The notes beneath the pieces were generated by a model that had not been told where the DNA came from, ran no database searches, and worked only from the letters and a program-made list of their open reading frames with translations. Position numbers and translations under genes: made by a program. From Candidatus Omnitrophota bacterium (lineage in GTDB: Bacteria; Omnitrophota; Gorgyraeia; Gygaellales; Profunditerraquicolaceae), in NCBI GenBank assembly GCA_026387265.1, contig JAPLLZ010000020.1, positions 5,413 through 69,412 on the forward strand: a DNA stretch of 64,000 nucleotides, written 5' to 3'. This document shows, piece after piece, positions 29,196 to 38,638 of the stretch (position 1 is its first letter; each line of letters begins with the position of its first letter).

Positions 29196-31466
29196 ATGGG
29201 AGTAACGCATAAGCTTAAACCTGAGGTTTTAAGCTTTATTATCGAAAATAAGCAGAATAATCCTACGTTAAGTTGCCGCCATTTAACTTCGTTGGTTCTT
29301 GAGCAGCTGCATATCAAAGTCTCCAAATCCAGCATAAATGCTGTTTTTAAAGAAAAGAACTTAAGCATGCCTATTGGCAGGAGGCCTAAGCCGAAGAAAA
29401 GAAAATTTAATATGCCTGTTTTGCCGGTTATAGAAGACGCTAAAATTTCCAGATTAGGCGATTTACCGCAAGAGATTCTTCAGGATCAAGAAAAAGAAAA
29501 ACTTGAAAAAGAAAAAGCCGCTCAAGAAGCTGCTAAGATTAAGGTTCTTGAAGAAGCTAAACTGCGAGAGTCAGAAAGAATTGCTAAGGAGGCTGAAGAA
29601 AAAAGAAAGCGCGATGAAGAAATACGCAGGCTTGCTGAAGAAAAAGTTGCTCAAGAAGCAGAAGAAAACAGAAAGCAGGAAGAAGCCCAAAAGCTTGCTG
29701 AGGAAAAAGCCGCCGAGGAATTGGCCCGGATCAAAGCCTTGGAAGAATCCAGGTTGCGCGAGATAGAAAAATTAGCTCAGCAAGCTGAAGAAAAAAGAAA
29801 GCGCGATGAAGAAATACGCAGGCTTGCTGAGGAAAAAGCCGCTCAAGAAGCAGTCAGGATCAAAGCTCTTGAAGAAGCTAAGTTGCGTGAGTTAGAAAGA
29901 ATCGCTCAAGAGGCAGAAGAAAAAGCTGCTCAAGAATTGTCTCGTCTCAAAGCCCTGGAAGAAGCCAGGTTGCGTGAGATAGAAAGATCGGCTAAAGATG
30001 CTGAGGAAAAGGCTGCTCAGGAAGCTGAAGAAAGAAAGAAACGTGATGAAGAAGTGCGCAGGCTTGCTGAAGAAAAAGTTGCTCAAGAATTGTCCCGTCT
30101 CAAAGCCTTGGAAGAAGCCAGGTTGCGCGAGATAGAAAAATTAGCTCAGGAAGCTGAAGAAAGAAGGAAACGCGATGAAGAAATACACAGGCTTGCTGAG
30201 GAAAAAGCCGCCGAAGAATTGGCCCGGATCAAAGCCCTGGAAGAATCCAGGTTGCGCGAGATAGAAAAATTAGCTCAGGAAGCTGAAGAAAATGAGCGTA
30301 AACAAGAAGGAGCGCGTAAGCTAGAAGCAGAAAAGGTAAAACAAGAATCAGGATTGCAGGCGGAGAGAGAAAGGTGGGCCAGGTTAGCAGAAGAAGAGAA
30401 AAAGTCTAAACAAGAAGCCAGCAAACCTAAAATAGTTAATGAAGAACCTGTTCCGGTAAAAGCTGAGTCTACAGTTGTGGAAGTTTTTCCTGAAGATAGG
30501 GTATGCTCAGGGGCCATAATACTTAAAGCCTTGGATGCTTTAATTGGCGGAAGTAAAGAGATTAATGCTGTTATTAGCACGGCAATCGGAGGCAAGCCAG
30601 AAGATTCAATAAATCTTACCGAAACATTATTGTTTAAGTCTTTATTCGTCAAAGATAAATTTTCTACGCTCGGGGATTTAGTTGGTGTGCGCTATCCCCA
30701 AGAGCAGCTAAATAATTATCATGTGCAAATCAAGCAGGTTACCGGAATAGGTTTAGATGTTACTAAAGCTATCTCGGATGTTTTTATCCAGTCCAAAGGA
30801 GTAAAAGTCAATTTTATCGATAAGAGCGTTATTCACTTGGATGGCCAGTTACATTCAAGTTGGCCGGCCACACGTTTCCCTTACGATTTTGCTAATACTA
30901 TTTCCGACCTGAAAACCAATTTAAATAAATGTTTCTTTCAGGGGCAGCCCTTAGTTTTATTTTCTCCTCCCGGTTACGATATTCTCCCCAAAGATTTTTT
31001 TAATCTTATCTTAAATTTTAGATCAAAAGATAACTATCCGGTTAGCTTAACTTTATTCGGAAATCAATTAGAAGATTTAGATAATATTCCCTTAGGTCCG
31101 GAAAATAAATGTAATTTAATCTTTGGACTTTGGCCTTGGCAATTTACTTCCAGCCGCAAGGTTAAAAAAATCGGCGAGTTTTCTTTAAAGTACATTAAAG
31201 AATTAGACCGTGATTTATATTTAGGGGATGTGGAAATTGATTTATTCCGGGCAGCCCTGAATCAGAGTGTATCTTTAAAAGGCTGCGCAGTAAAAACTGA
31301 CCTTAAGGGTAAAATCCGCCTGGTTATTCTCAATAGTAGTGAACAGGCGATGGATTTGGATGCGTTGGCAGGCACCTATTTAAGCCATTGGCGCTTTTTG
31401 GTTATGCCGGCGATGAGCAAAAGTTTTTTTCCAAGGATAGTTTTGGTATGGACACAGCAGGATTGA
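29196..31466 (+). CDS. HTH + long E/K/R/A repeat helix + globular domain protein; probably continues, frameshifted, into 31388-31759
   Basis: N-terminal winged-HTH-like segment, TolA-like repeats, 79-nt out-of-frame overlap with next ORF. Confidence 0.65.
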   Translation: MGVTHKLKPEVLSFIIENKQNNPTLSCRHLTSLVLEQLHIKVSKSSINAVFKEKNLSMPIGRRPKPKKRKFNMPVLPVIEDAKISRLGDLPQEILQDQEKEKLEKEKAAQEAAKIKVLEEAKLRESERIAKEAEEKRKRDEEIRRLAEEKVAQEAEENRKQEEAQKLAEEKAAEELARIKALEESRLREIEKLAQQAEEKRKRDEEIRRLAEEKAAQEAVRIKALEEAKLRELERIAQEAEEKAAQELSRLKALEEARLREIERSAKDAEEKAAQEAEERKKRDEEVRRLAEEKVAQELSRLKALEEARLREIEKLAQEAEERRKRDEEIHRLAEEKAAEELARIKALEESRLREIEKLAQEAEENERKQEGARKLEAEKVKQESGLQAERERWARLAEEEKKSKQEASKPKIVNEEPVPVKAESTVVEVFPEDRVCSGAIILKALDALIGGSKEINAVISTAIGGKPEDSINLTETLLFKSLFVKDKFSTLGDLVGVRYPQEQLNNYHVQIKQVTGIGLDVTKAISDVFIQSKGVKVNFIDKSVIHLDGQLHSSWPATRFPYDFANTISDLKTNLNKCFFQGQPLVLFSPPGYDILPKDFFNLILNFRSKDNYPVSLTLFGNQLEDLDNIPLGPENKCNLIFGLWPWQFTSSRKVKKIGEFSLKYIKELDRDLYLGDVEIDLFRAALNQSVSLKGCAVKTDLKGKIRLVILNSSEQAMDLDALAGTYLSHWRFLVMPAMSKSFFPRIVLVWTQQD
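29500..30400 (+). repeat. Imperfect coding tandem repeats (RDEEIRRLAEEKAAQE / LARIKALEESRLREIEKLAQEAEE)
   Basis: Near-identical DNA blocks such as gcgcgatgaagaaatacgcaggcttgctga and aggttgcgcgagatagaaaaattagctcag recur several times. Confidence 0.9.
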
Positions 31467-31759
31467 CTATGGAGTTAACGGAAATTTTTGCAAATTATGT
31501 TAAAATGCTGGATGCTTATTTGCGTTGGCATTTTTTGCCAGTAGAATACGCAGTAAAAGACCTTTCTTCTACCAGCGATTGTTTTTACAAGATTCCGGCT
31601 AAACTCACGGCCAGTCAGAACAGGATGAGGGTTAAAACATTGGTTAGCCAGGATTATCAATTCCTGAAAGACTTAGAATATCTTAACTGCCGGTTAAATG
31701 AGCGGCAGATTAAAACAGCCAATGGTAAGATATTTTGGTTCGAAAGCGCTTTCAAATAG
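31388..31759 (+). CDS. Probable C-terminal fragment of the 29196 protein
   Basis: TTG start without SD inside upstream ORF; protein-like composition. Confidence 0.5.
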   Translation: MALFGYAGDEQKFFSKDSFGMDTAGLTMELTEIFANYVKMLDAYLRWHFLPVEYAVKDLSSTSDCFYKIPAKLTASQNRMRVKTLVSQDYQFLKDLEYLNCRLNERQIKTANGKIFWFESAFK

Positions 31760-31772
31760 CGCTGAATAAATC

Positions 31773-31801
31773 TTGATTGTTATATTTTCAAGTGGTATAT
31801 T
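31773..31801 (+). promoter_or_regulatory. Promoter of the pilin array
   Basis: TTGATT-17 nt-TATATT with extended -10 TG. Confidence 0.55.
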
Positions 31802-31876
31802 TAATTAGTTGTAGTATGTGTAGTTGAAACTAAACTTAAGAATTTTGGCAACTAGTTTGAATAAAATAGGTGTGAA

Positions 31877-32017
31877 ATGGTTTTAAGAAAAAAGAATGGC
31901 CAGAGTACGCTTGAGTATGTAATTATTTTGGCGATTGTCGTCGGAGCGATCTTAGCTGGGGGGGTGATTTTGAAGCCATTCATAGCGAAGACTTATGATG
32001 CGGCATATTCTGAATAG
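31877..32017 (+). CDS. Flp-like prepilin, 46 aa (not in ORF track)
   Basis: MVLRKKNG|QSTLEYVIILAIVVGAILAGG...; G(-1), E5, Y6, hydrophobic helix; AGGTG SD. Confidence 0.8.
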   Translation: MVLRKKNGQSTLEYVIILAIVVGAILAGGVILKPFIAKTYDAAYSE

Positions 32018-32065
32018 GGGTATAGCGGTAGAGGTTAGGCGAAAGACTAAAATAGGATTTTGCAG

Positions 32066-32191
32066 ATGGTTTTAGGAATCAGGCGAGGACAAAGTTTAAT
32101 AGAATACACGATGCTGATTATCATTATTGGTTCAGCATTGATTGCGATGACTACTTATATAGTGCGAGCACTGAATGCGCGGCTTGGGTAG
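32066..32191 (+). CDS. Flp-like prepilin, 41 aa, possibly truncated (not in ORF track)
   Basis: MVLGIRRG|QSLIEYTMLIIIIGSALIAMTTYIVRALNARLG*. Confidence 0.7.
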   Translation: MVLGIRRGQSLIEYTMLIIIIGSALIAMTTYIVRALNARLG

Positions 32192-32217
32192 TAAATGCTA
32201 TTTTAATATAAAAATAG

Positions 32218-32406
32218 ATGAATTTAACCAGGGCGAAACAGAAAATAAGGCTGGGGAGCAAAAACGGGCAGGGTTTCATAGAGTATGTGATGCTTATTAT
32301 CATTGTTAGCGCAGCGTTAATTGCGATGACTATATATTTAATGCGTTCCACAAATGCCCGCATTAAACAAGAGCAACAGGAATTAAATTATCATAGTGCA
32401 GAATAA
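32218..32406 (+). CDS. Flp-like prepilin
   Basis: KNG|QGFIEYVMLIIIVSAALIAM. Confidence 0.8.
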   Translation: MNLTRAKQKIRLGSKNGQGFIEYVMLIIIVSAALIAMTIYLMRSTNARIKQEQQELNYHSAE

Positions 32407-32425
32407 CATTATAAGGAGGGGGGAA

Positions 32426-32599
32426 ATGAATAAGCTAAGGAGTGGGCAAAGTACATTGGAGTACGTAATTATCTTGGCGGCGGTTGTGGGTGCGATTATT
32501 GCGGTAGGGATATTGATTAAGGGTAACTTAAATACTTCATATACTAAGTTAGGGGATAAGATGCAAAGTAAAGTAATAGAGTTAGGGGATAAGATATAA
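32426..32599 (+). CDS. Flp-like prepilin (candidate major pilin)
   Basis: AAGGAGG SD; MNKLRSG|QSTLEYVIILAAVVGAII. Confidence 0.85.
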   Translation: MNKLRSGQSTLEYVIILAAVVGAIIAVGILIKGNLNTSYTKLGDKMQSKVIELGDKI

Positions 32600-32635
32600 G
32601 ATAGATAGGAGAAGTAAATTTTTAAGGAGGTGAAA

Positions 32636-32977
32636 ATGTTAAGGCAATTGAAGAAAGGGCAGAGTACGGCAGAATATGCAATTGTGATTGGGTTAGTTAT
32701 TGCTGCAGCGGTAGCCATGCAGGTTTATGTTAAACGCGGTATTCAAGGTAAAATGAAGAATGCAGTAGACTACAATGATCCAGAGGCTGCTAAAATTGGA
32801 ATTGGGGCAGATACGCAGTATGAACCAAATTATCAAACTACAACCAATATGAAAGCTACCCGTGAGTCAAAAGAAGATACAGAGGCTAAACTAGGTGGGG
32901 GTGTAGTTAGAACAATTACAGGTGAAGATGTGAGCACTAGGACAGGTAAGAGTACAATTTTAGGGGTCAACGAATAA
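32636..32977 (+). CDS. Flp/Tad pilin-like protein
   Basis: AAGGAGGTG SD; KKG|QSTAEYAIVIGL; YVKRGIQG. Confidence 0.85.
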   Translation: MLRQLKKGQSTAEYAIVIGLVIAAAVAMQVYVKRGIQGKMKNAVDYNDPEAAKIGIGADTQYEPNYQTTTNMKATRESKEDTEAKLGGGVVRTITGEDVSTRTGKSTILGVNE

Positions 32978-33018
32978 TTATTACCATAATTAAAGTTGTT
33001 TTTAAAGCAGGAGGAAAT

Positions 33019-33327
33019 ATGTTTGGAGTAAAGACCAAAGGGCAAACTACCCTGGAAGTAGTTATTTTGATTGGTTTTGTGGTTGCTGCGTTAATTGCTA
33101 TGGGTGTATATATTAAAAGAGGTATGCAAGGCCGGCTTAGAGATTCAGCGGATCAGATTGGTGAACAATATTCAGCCGGGAATACTACCGGAAAATACAC
33201 AACTACAATTAGTATGGAGCAGAATGAAAGTATGCAGAAAGGTGGTCATGTTGACACGACCATTGTAAAAAATGAGCAGAGAAAGTCGGGATCCGAGACG
33301 GTGAGTGATTTTTCGCTGGGATATTAA
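33019..33327 (+). CDS. Flp/Tad pilin-like protein
   Basis: KG|QTTLEV; YIKRGMQGRL...IGEQY. Confidence 0.8.
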   Translation: MFGVKTKGQTTLEVVILIGFVVAALIAMGVYIKRGMQGRLRDSADQIGEQYSAGNTTGKYTTTISMEQNESMQKGGHVDTTIVKNEQRKSGSETVSDFSLGY

Positions 33328-33941
33328 TGAGAAGAGGGCAATCGACCCTAGAGTATGTTTTTTTAGTTGGTGTCGGAGCAGTTGCGCTTATTGCTATGCT
33401 TGTTTACATCGGCCGCAGCCTGCAGGGGAATATACGTAATCAGGCTGAACAATTAGGCGCTTGGCAGTATGCCCCGGGAAATACGATGATAAATAATAGC
33501 GAAACTAAAACAACCAAAGCTACCAAGAGATCGACGAGTACTACTACGGTTACATATGGTAATTTAAATGCACCGCATCCGGAGTTAGATAAGGCTATTG
33601 CTGATTTTCAAGCTAGTTTAGCTTTAATAGAACAATATAAGAAAGAATGGGATGTAGCGGTAGATGATGAAGCTAAAGCGCAGGCCGCGAAAGAATTAAA
33701 TGCCCCAGGAAGAGATCTTCTTTCCTGGATACCTCCTCCTACTGGGGTTGCAGCCATTGATCAAAAGATTGCCGCTGAAATAGCGAATGGTAAAAAACTT
33801 TATGAAACCTTCCTTGCCCTTAAAAAGGCCTGGGATGAACGTAAGATAACGGGAGATACTACTTCTTCCACCAGCTCTGGTAGTGCAGAAAGTAGCATAG
33901 ATGATGTTAAGCGTACAGAGGAAACTTTGGGTAATTTGTGA
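33327..33941 (+). CDS. Flp/Tad pilin-like protein with inserted helical domain
   Basis: RRG|QSTLEYV; YIGRSLQG...QYAPG. Confidence 0.8.
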   Translation: MRRGQSTLEYVFLVGVGAVALIAMLVYIGRSLQGNIRNQAEQLGAWQYAPGNTMINNSETKTTKATKRSTSTTTVTYGNLNAPHPELDKAIADFQASLALIEQYKKEWDVAVDDEAKAQAAKELNAPGRDLLSWIPPPTGVAAIDQKIAAEIANGKKLYETFLALKKAWDERKITGDTTSSTSSGSAESSIDDVKRTEETLGNL

Positions 33942-34228
33942 AAACAAAGACTTTTTATAGAGGACAAAATTTAGTTGAGCTTGCTTTACTTATTGGCATA
34001 GTAGGGCTTGTGTTTATTGGAATGGGGGCATATATTAGGAGAGGAGTGCAGGGTAAGGTAAAAGACTGGACAAATTATGTTGTGTCTGATCAACAGGCGC
34101 CGGATGCAGACGCGGAAGACACCCAGAGTTCAACATCTTTTGGTTCAACGATGACTTCTGAAGAACTTAAGGATGGAGGGATGAAGTTGACGGGCCAGGA
34201 GAAAACTCATGTAGATTCCAGTCAGTAG
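33938..34228 (+). CDS. Flp/Tad pilin-like protein
   Basis: RG|QNLVEL; YIRRGVQGK. Confidence 0.75.
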   Translation: MKTKTFYRGQNLVELALLIGIVGLVFIGMGAYIRRGVQGKVKDWTNYVVSDQQAPDADAEDTQSSTSFGSTMTSEELKDGGMKLTGQEKTHVDSSQ

Positions 34229-34292
34229 ATTATCATGCGATTCTTGTGGTGAGAATTTTTGGAGATGGAGTAGATTTTGAAGGAGTTAGAAA

Positions 34293-34898
34293 ATGTTAAG
34301 ATGCCAGAAAGCCCAAGCTATTCTGGAATTAGCTATTTTAGGTTCAATAATTATCCTGGCTTTTTCTTTTGCTATTAAGTATAGCGAACGAGGAAACCGC
34401 GAACAGTCTTATATGCAGCAGACATTCCGCGCACTTTTAAAAAAAGCAAAATTAAATAATAGCACTGCTTCTTGGCAAACAATGGATTTTCGCAGAATGC
34501 CTAATGTTGTCAATCCTATGGAGTTAGGGGAATTGGAACAATTTTCCAGTTCCAATAGTATTATTTGGTCGGACGATTTAGAGGAGATAGAGACTAAATC
34601 TAAATCATATTTTCAGCTTAACCGGGGTCCGGAACAGGAAATTGCTAGCGGTAGTGCTGGCCTGCCGGGTACAGGTGAAAGTATGACCACTAGTTTTACA
34701 AGTAATGCCGCTGGCACTACTACCTCTCAAAAGAATGAGCAGGGTGGCCGGATTGTTACAAATAAGTCTCTTAATGCTACGGACAGCATATCGGGAAGCG
34801 CTGATTTAGGAGGGACAACAGTTAGCCTTGGAGGAAGCCTGGGTGAGGGTGGTAAATATACAGGCGGAGGTATAAATCGCTCCAGGAGTATGCAATGA
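34293..34898 (+). CDS. TadE-like pseudopilin
   Basis: KA|QAILELAILG plus TM and Ser/Thr/Gly-rich domain. Confidence 0.7.
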   Translation: MLRCQKAQAILELAILGSIIILAFSFAIKYSERGNREQSYMQQTFRALLKKAKLNNSTASWQTMDFRRMPNVVNPMELGELEQFSSSNSIIWSDDLEEIETKSKSYFQLNRGPEQEIASGSAGLPGTGESMTTSFTSNAAGTTTSQKNEQGGRIVTNKSLNATDSISGSADLGGTTVSLGGSLGEGGKYTGGGINRSRSMQ

Positions 34899-35131
34899 TA
34901 AGAAAAGGCCAGGCAACCTTGGAATTTACGCTGGCTTTTATTATAATGGTTGCTTTGATCGCAGGTCTTTTAAATTTATGGTCATGGTCAAATAGCCAGA
35001 TTGGTGGCCGCCAAGGCAGTTTTGAAGGCAGCCGGGTTGCGGCAGGGTCGAAAGATTCTCCGGGAGAGCCCGCTGTGCCTTATGGCGCCGGACAGATTAC
35101 CGATAGCCAGACGTACATGTTTAAGAAATAA
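34895..35131 (+). CDS. TadE-like pseudopilin
   Basis: RKG|QATLEFTLAF. Confidence 0.75.
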   Translation: MIRKGQATLEFTLAFIIMVALIAGLLNLWSWSNSQIGGRQGSFEGSRVAAGSKDSPGEPAVPYGAGQITDSQTYMFKK

Positions 35132-35146
35132 ATAGAGGGAGGTAAT

Positions 35147-36763
35147 TTGTTCTTTTTTGGATTTACCAAAAATAAGTATTTTAAAAAAAAGGAAGGCTTG
35201 GCAGGGCAAGTTTTTCCTTTTTTGCTTATTTGTATAGTAGCATTAGCTGTTGCCGTCGGTATGTCTAGATCAGCTCGTAATAGTGCAATATCTAAAACCA
35301 ATGTTTCTAATGCCGCGGATGCCTGTTCAATAACCGCTGGATCTTACTGGGCCGGAGGTTTCAATGATTTGGTAGAAAAAAATCTGGAGATGAATGCTTA
35401 TTATGATCAATACGCCGGTTATTATAAAGCCTTGCACACATTAGCGTATGGCGTTGATGGAAATGGAGGTTACCTGGATAAAGCGTATTTAAATACTTTG
35501 GATGCGCATCTCAGTACGCAATGGGCCAGTAATGCACTTACTGATGGAGGTAGCGATTGCGCAAATTTGGTATCAGATAAGTCCAATGCTGAATCGCACT
35601 ATTATTGGGCCAAGTATTATGCTCTTGAGTCAGCTAGATACTTCGGGGCTATCTGGGTCCTTGCTCGATATATGCAGAATCTTACTGATAATTTTAAATA
35701 TAATCAAGCACAAGCTTATTGTAACGCCAGGTCTTCTATGGAAGATTCCATAGAAAATGCTAAATTAAAAGGGACACACTATGCCTTTGTTAATAGCGGG
35801 ACAGCGTCGCGATCTCCTAGCGGGGATGCTTTTAATTTGTTTTTAGGCACTAATAAATATAATGAAAGTCCATCTTTCGGAAATACAACTAGTGAGCTAA
35901 CCTATGATTGGCAATGGCCGTCTAAATGCGGAACAAGTAAAGGGGGTACCACGGTTACCTTTACCCAGCCAAAAATAAAAGCTCAGAAGGTTCAGCATAC
36001 TATAAGCCCGTATCCGGTTCTAACAGATTTTGACGTTGACGAAAATGTGCAAAATTTCGCGGGTGTAGGAGAAAACGGAGAAGGCCGACTTTTGGTAGTT
36101 AATGATGATATCTTTAATCTTTATTCATCTCGGGCATTAGCAACTGCTATGGTAAATATCTATTTTAATTTGGGCGACTTTGATAATCGACTTTCAGGGA
36201 ATGATTCAATAGAGTTTTGTATTAATAATGGTTGTTGTCCGGATGCCACGGTTACTGATTGTGTTACAGCATTTGCAACGTGTCTTTCGAATACTAGAAG
36301 AGCTCCACCAAGTGGAGTTAATTTGTTTACTTTAATTAAAGCGTTAAATGCCATACACAATAGCAGCAGTAAAAATTCATTATCCGTATATGGACTAAGA
36401 ATGGCCGCCAAAGATATTTTAGATAATGTTTGGACGATCGATACAGGGAATTTTTCTCTAAGCGATAGTTGTAATGATGTTCAGGGTTTGGCCGATAACG
36501 CTCCTGCAGATAGCCAAGTGGATATCACGAAATCCTTGATTATCGTTGGTTTGGGTGATGAGCCTGAGTTAGATCCAAGCCTTTGGCAGACGGAGTGTAC
36601 GGTAACAGCATTTTATACTAATATATATAATAAACGCAAAGATACCTGTGGTAGTTCTTCTGCCACAAGCAGCAGTACATCAGAGTTTCATGGTGACGGG
36701 GATATTGGTTACGGGACGAATAACAAGGCTGAGTATGAAACAACTATGATTAAGGCCAGTTAA
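35147..36763 (+). CDS. TadG-like tip pseudopilin/adhesin, Cys-rich
   Basis: AG|QVFPFLL TM followed by NAADACSITAG motif typical of Tad N-terminal domains. Confidence 0.7.
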   Translation: MFFFGFTKNKYFKKKEGLAGQVFPFLLICIVALAVAVGMSRSARNSAISKTNVSNAADACSITAGSYWAGGFNDLVEKNLEMNAYYDQYAGYYKALHTLAYGVDGNGGYLDKAYLNTLDAHLSTQWASNALTDGGSDCANLVSDKSNAESHYYWAKYYALESARYFGAIWVLARYMQNLTDNFKYNQAQAYCNARSSMEDSIENAKLKGTHYAFVNSGTASRSPSGDAFNLFLGTNKYNESPSFGNTTSELTYDWQWPSKCGTSKGGTTVTFTQPKIKAQKVQHTISPYPVLTDFDVDENVQNFAGVGENGEGRLLVVNDDIFNLYSSRALATAMVNIYFNLGDFDNRLSGNDSIEFCINNGCCPDATVTDCVTAFATCLSNTRRAPPSGVNLFTLIKALNAIHNSSSKNSLSVYGLRMAAKDILDNVWTIDTGNFSLSDSCNDVQGLADNAPADSQVDITKSLIIVGLGDEPELDPSLWQTECTVTAFYTNIYNKRKDTCGSSSATSSSTSEFHGDGDIGYGTNNKAEYETTMIKAS

Positions 36764-36857
36764 GCTATATAATTTAAGTGTATGTTTAGATAATAACCAG
36801 GTCTTTGATTTATGCAATCGTAAAAATTTATTTTAGCTTTTAGCCATTAACAGAATA

Positions 36858-37619
36858 ATGATAAATTTTAAACCTAAGAAAATTCTCGTTGTGTTTTTTT
36901 TAGCCATGTTTTCTATTTCTGTGTTATGGGCTGCAGAGTTAAACTTTCCTTTGCCGGCCACAACTGTAAAAATCCGGGAGGAAAAAGCCAGGTTTGGGCC
37001 AATAAAAACTATTACTAAAACTTATAAATCTGCTTTGAACCGGGACCAGATAAATTCATTTTACGAGAAAGAGATGGTTCTGGCCGGTTGGAGCCAACAA
37101 GAAAAAAGGGTTTTTACAAAAAACAAGTATTTAGTGATAATTTCATCTTATTCCTCAGGAAGTAAGAGTAATGAAAATAGATTTACAATGACTATTTGCA
37201 ATATTCCTACAAAAGAGGAAGTCCTGGCCTCGTATAATACTAAACCGGAAAAATTAAACTATATGCCGATTTACCCCGGAAGCACACAGTCTATATTCTT
37301 AAAGCTTTCCGGTAGCACCACAAGTTCTTATGAAACAGATGATAGCATAAAAGAAGTGGTTTTTTTCTACGAATCTGGTATGGTAAAATATGGTTGGGGT
37401 TTGGTTAATCGGATTCCAGCCACAGGTATTGCAGATAAGGTAGTTTTATTATTCGGCAGGCAAAATGGGGAAACTTGTCAGATCCAGGTATCAAGTGTTT
37501 CCAGCAGCTTAAATGATTTGTTTAATAAAGATAAACCGATTAATAAGATAAATGTAAGGCGAGCGGAAAAAACCGGCATTTTAGTTAACTATAATACTTA
37601 TGGGAAAAATAAGCCGTAA
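36858..37619 (+). CDS. Secreted protein with two similar small domains
   Basis: Signal peptide ending LWA; repeated FYE(K/S)xMVxxGW motif. Confidence 0.6.
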   Translation: MINFKPKKILVVFFLAMFSISVLWAAELNFPLPATTVKIREEKARFGPIKTITKTYKSALNRDQINSFYEKEMVLAGWSQQEKRVFTKNKYLVIISSYSSGSKSNENRFTMTICNIPTKEEVLASYNTKPEKLNYMPIYPGSTQSIFLKLSGSTTSSYETDDSIKEVVFFYESGMVKYGWGLVNRIPATGIADKVVLLFGRQNGETCQIQVSSVSSSLNDLFNKDKPINKINVRRAEKTGILVNYNTYGKNKP

Positions 37620-37767
37620 GGCCCAATCAACTGTGGAATACTTGGGGATGATTATTGTGATTATCGCCATATTTATCATTGCGGGGGTGTATTATCAGCG
37701 TAGCCTGCAGGGTAAATACCGGCAGGCAGGGGATTCTTTGGGTGGTGGTGAACAATACGCTCCTTAA
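37600..37767 (+). CDS. Flp/Tad pilin-like protein, 55 aa (not in ORF track)
   Basis: MGKISRKA|QSTVEYLGMIIVIIAIF...YYQRSLQGKYRQAGDSLGGGEQYAP. Confidence 0.8.
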   Translation: MGKISRKAQSTVEYLGMIIVIIAIFIIAGVYYQRSLQGKYRQAGDSLGGGEQYAP

Positions 37768-37791
37768 TCAGAAATACAATAATGGAGAAAC

Positions 37792-38637
37792 ATGATCGTA
37801 TTACTTCTTATCTTAATTTTGTGTTCCGTTGTTTTAATTTCTTTTAGCCTTTTGCCTGCTGTTGTGCAAAAAATACAAACTTGGCAGCAACAGAAGGAGG
37901 TGGTGTTAGCTAAAGAGATGGATAAGATGTTCTATGACAAAAGCCCCAAGAACATCGTTATGCTTTATTATATCCTTCCGCTGATTTTTGGAGTAGGAGG
38001 ATATGTCCTTCTGCGGTCACAGATTTTTATGATTTTTGGCGTACTTATCGGCGTAGCTATTCCTAATTTCATTTTGAAAGCGCGCTATAAGATGAGAATC
38101 CGGAAATTTAATGATCAGCTTCTTGATGCGATTAATATGCTTTCAAGCTGCATAAAGGGCGGCTTAAGCCTTTTACAGGGGCTGGAGGTATTGGTTGAAG
38201 AGATGCCTGCTCCAATCAGCCAGGAGTTAGGTTTGGTAGTGAGAGAAAATAAAATGGGCATTCCTCTAGAGGAGTGCCTTAGCCGCCTGAATAAAAGGAT
38301 GAATATTGATGAACTCGGGTTAGTAGTTAATGCGCTTTTAGTTGCGCGTGAAACAGGCGGTGAATTACCCAAGGTTTTTAGCCGCTTAACGGTAACCATC
38401 CGTGATAATCGTAAATTAAGGGAGAGTATTAAAACACTTACCATGCAAGGAAGAATGCAGGGGGCAATCATGTCTTTTTTGCCTTTCGTGTTTGTGGTTT
38501 GGGTGCTTTCGGTGAATAACCACCATTTTGATATTATGCTAAATAGTGATATAGGCAGAATGCTGATTATTGTGGCAGCAATATTGCAAGTAGTCGGTAT
38601 GTTTTTAATTAAGATGTTTAGCACAATCAATATTTAA
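37792..38637 (+). CDS. tadB: Tad inner-membrane platform protein TadB (T2SSF family)
   Basis: FNDQLLDAI, GGLSLLQ, RETGGEL, LTMQGRMQ. Confidence 0.88.
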   Translation: MIVLLLILILCSVVLISFSLLPAVVQKIQTWQQQKEVVLAKEMDKMFYDKSPKNIVMLYYILPLIFGVGGYVLLRSQIFMIFGVLIGVAIPNFILKARYKMRIRKFNDQLLDAINMLSSCIKGGLSLLQGLEVLVEEMPAPISQELGLVVRENKMGIPLEECLSRLNKRMNIDELGLVVNALLVARETGGELPKVFSRLTVTIRDNRKLRESIKTLTMQGRMQGAIMSFLPFVFVVWVLSVNNHHFDIMLNSDIGRMLIIVAAILQVVGMFLIKMFSTINI

Positions 38638-38638
38638 T

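Noticed and set aside
29503-29766. Lys/Leu-rich alternative-frame ORF
   Set aside because: Frame shadow of the E/K/A repeat region
31958-32423. Phase variation via G7 in the first pilin and the G-run after the SD of the fourth pilin
   Set aside because: The runs are short and the frames are intact; no evidence without reads
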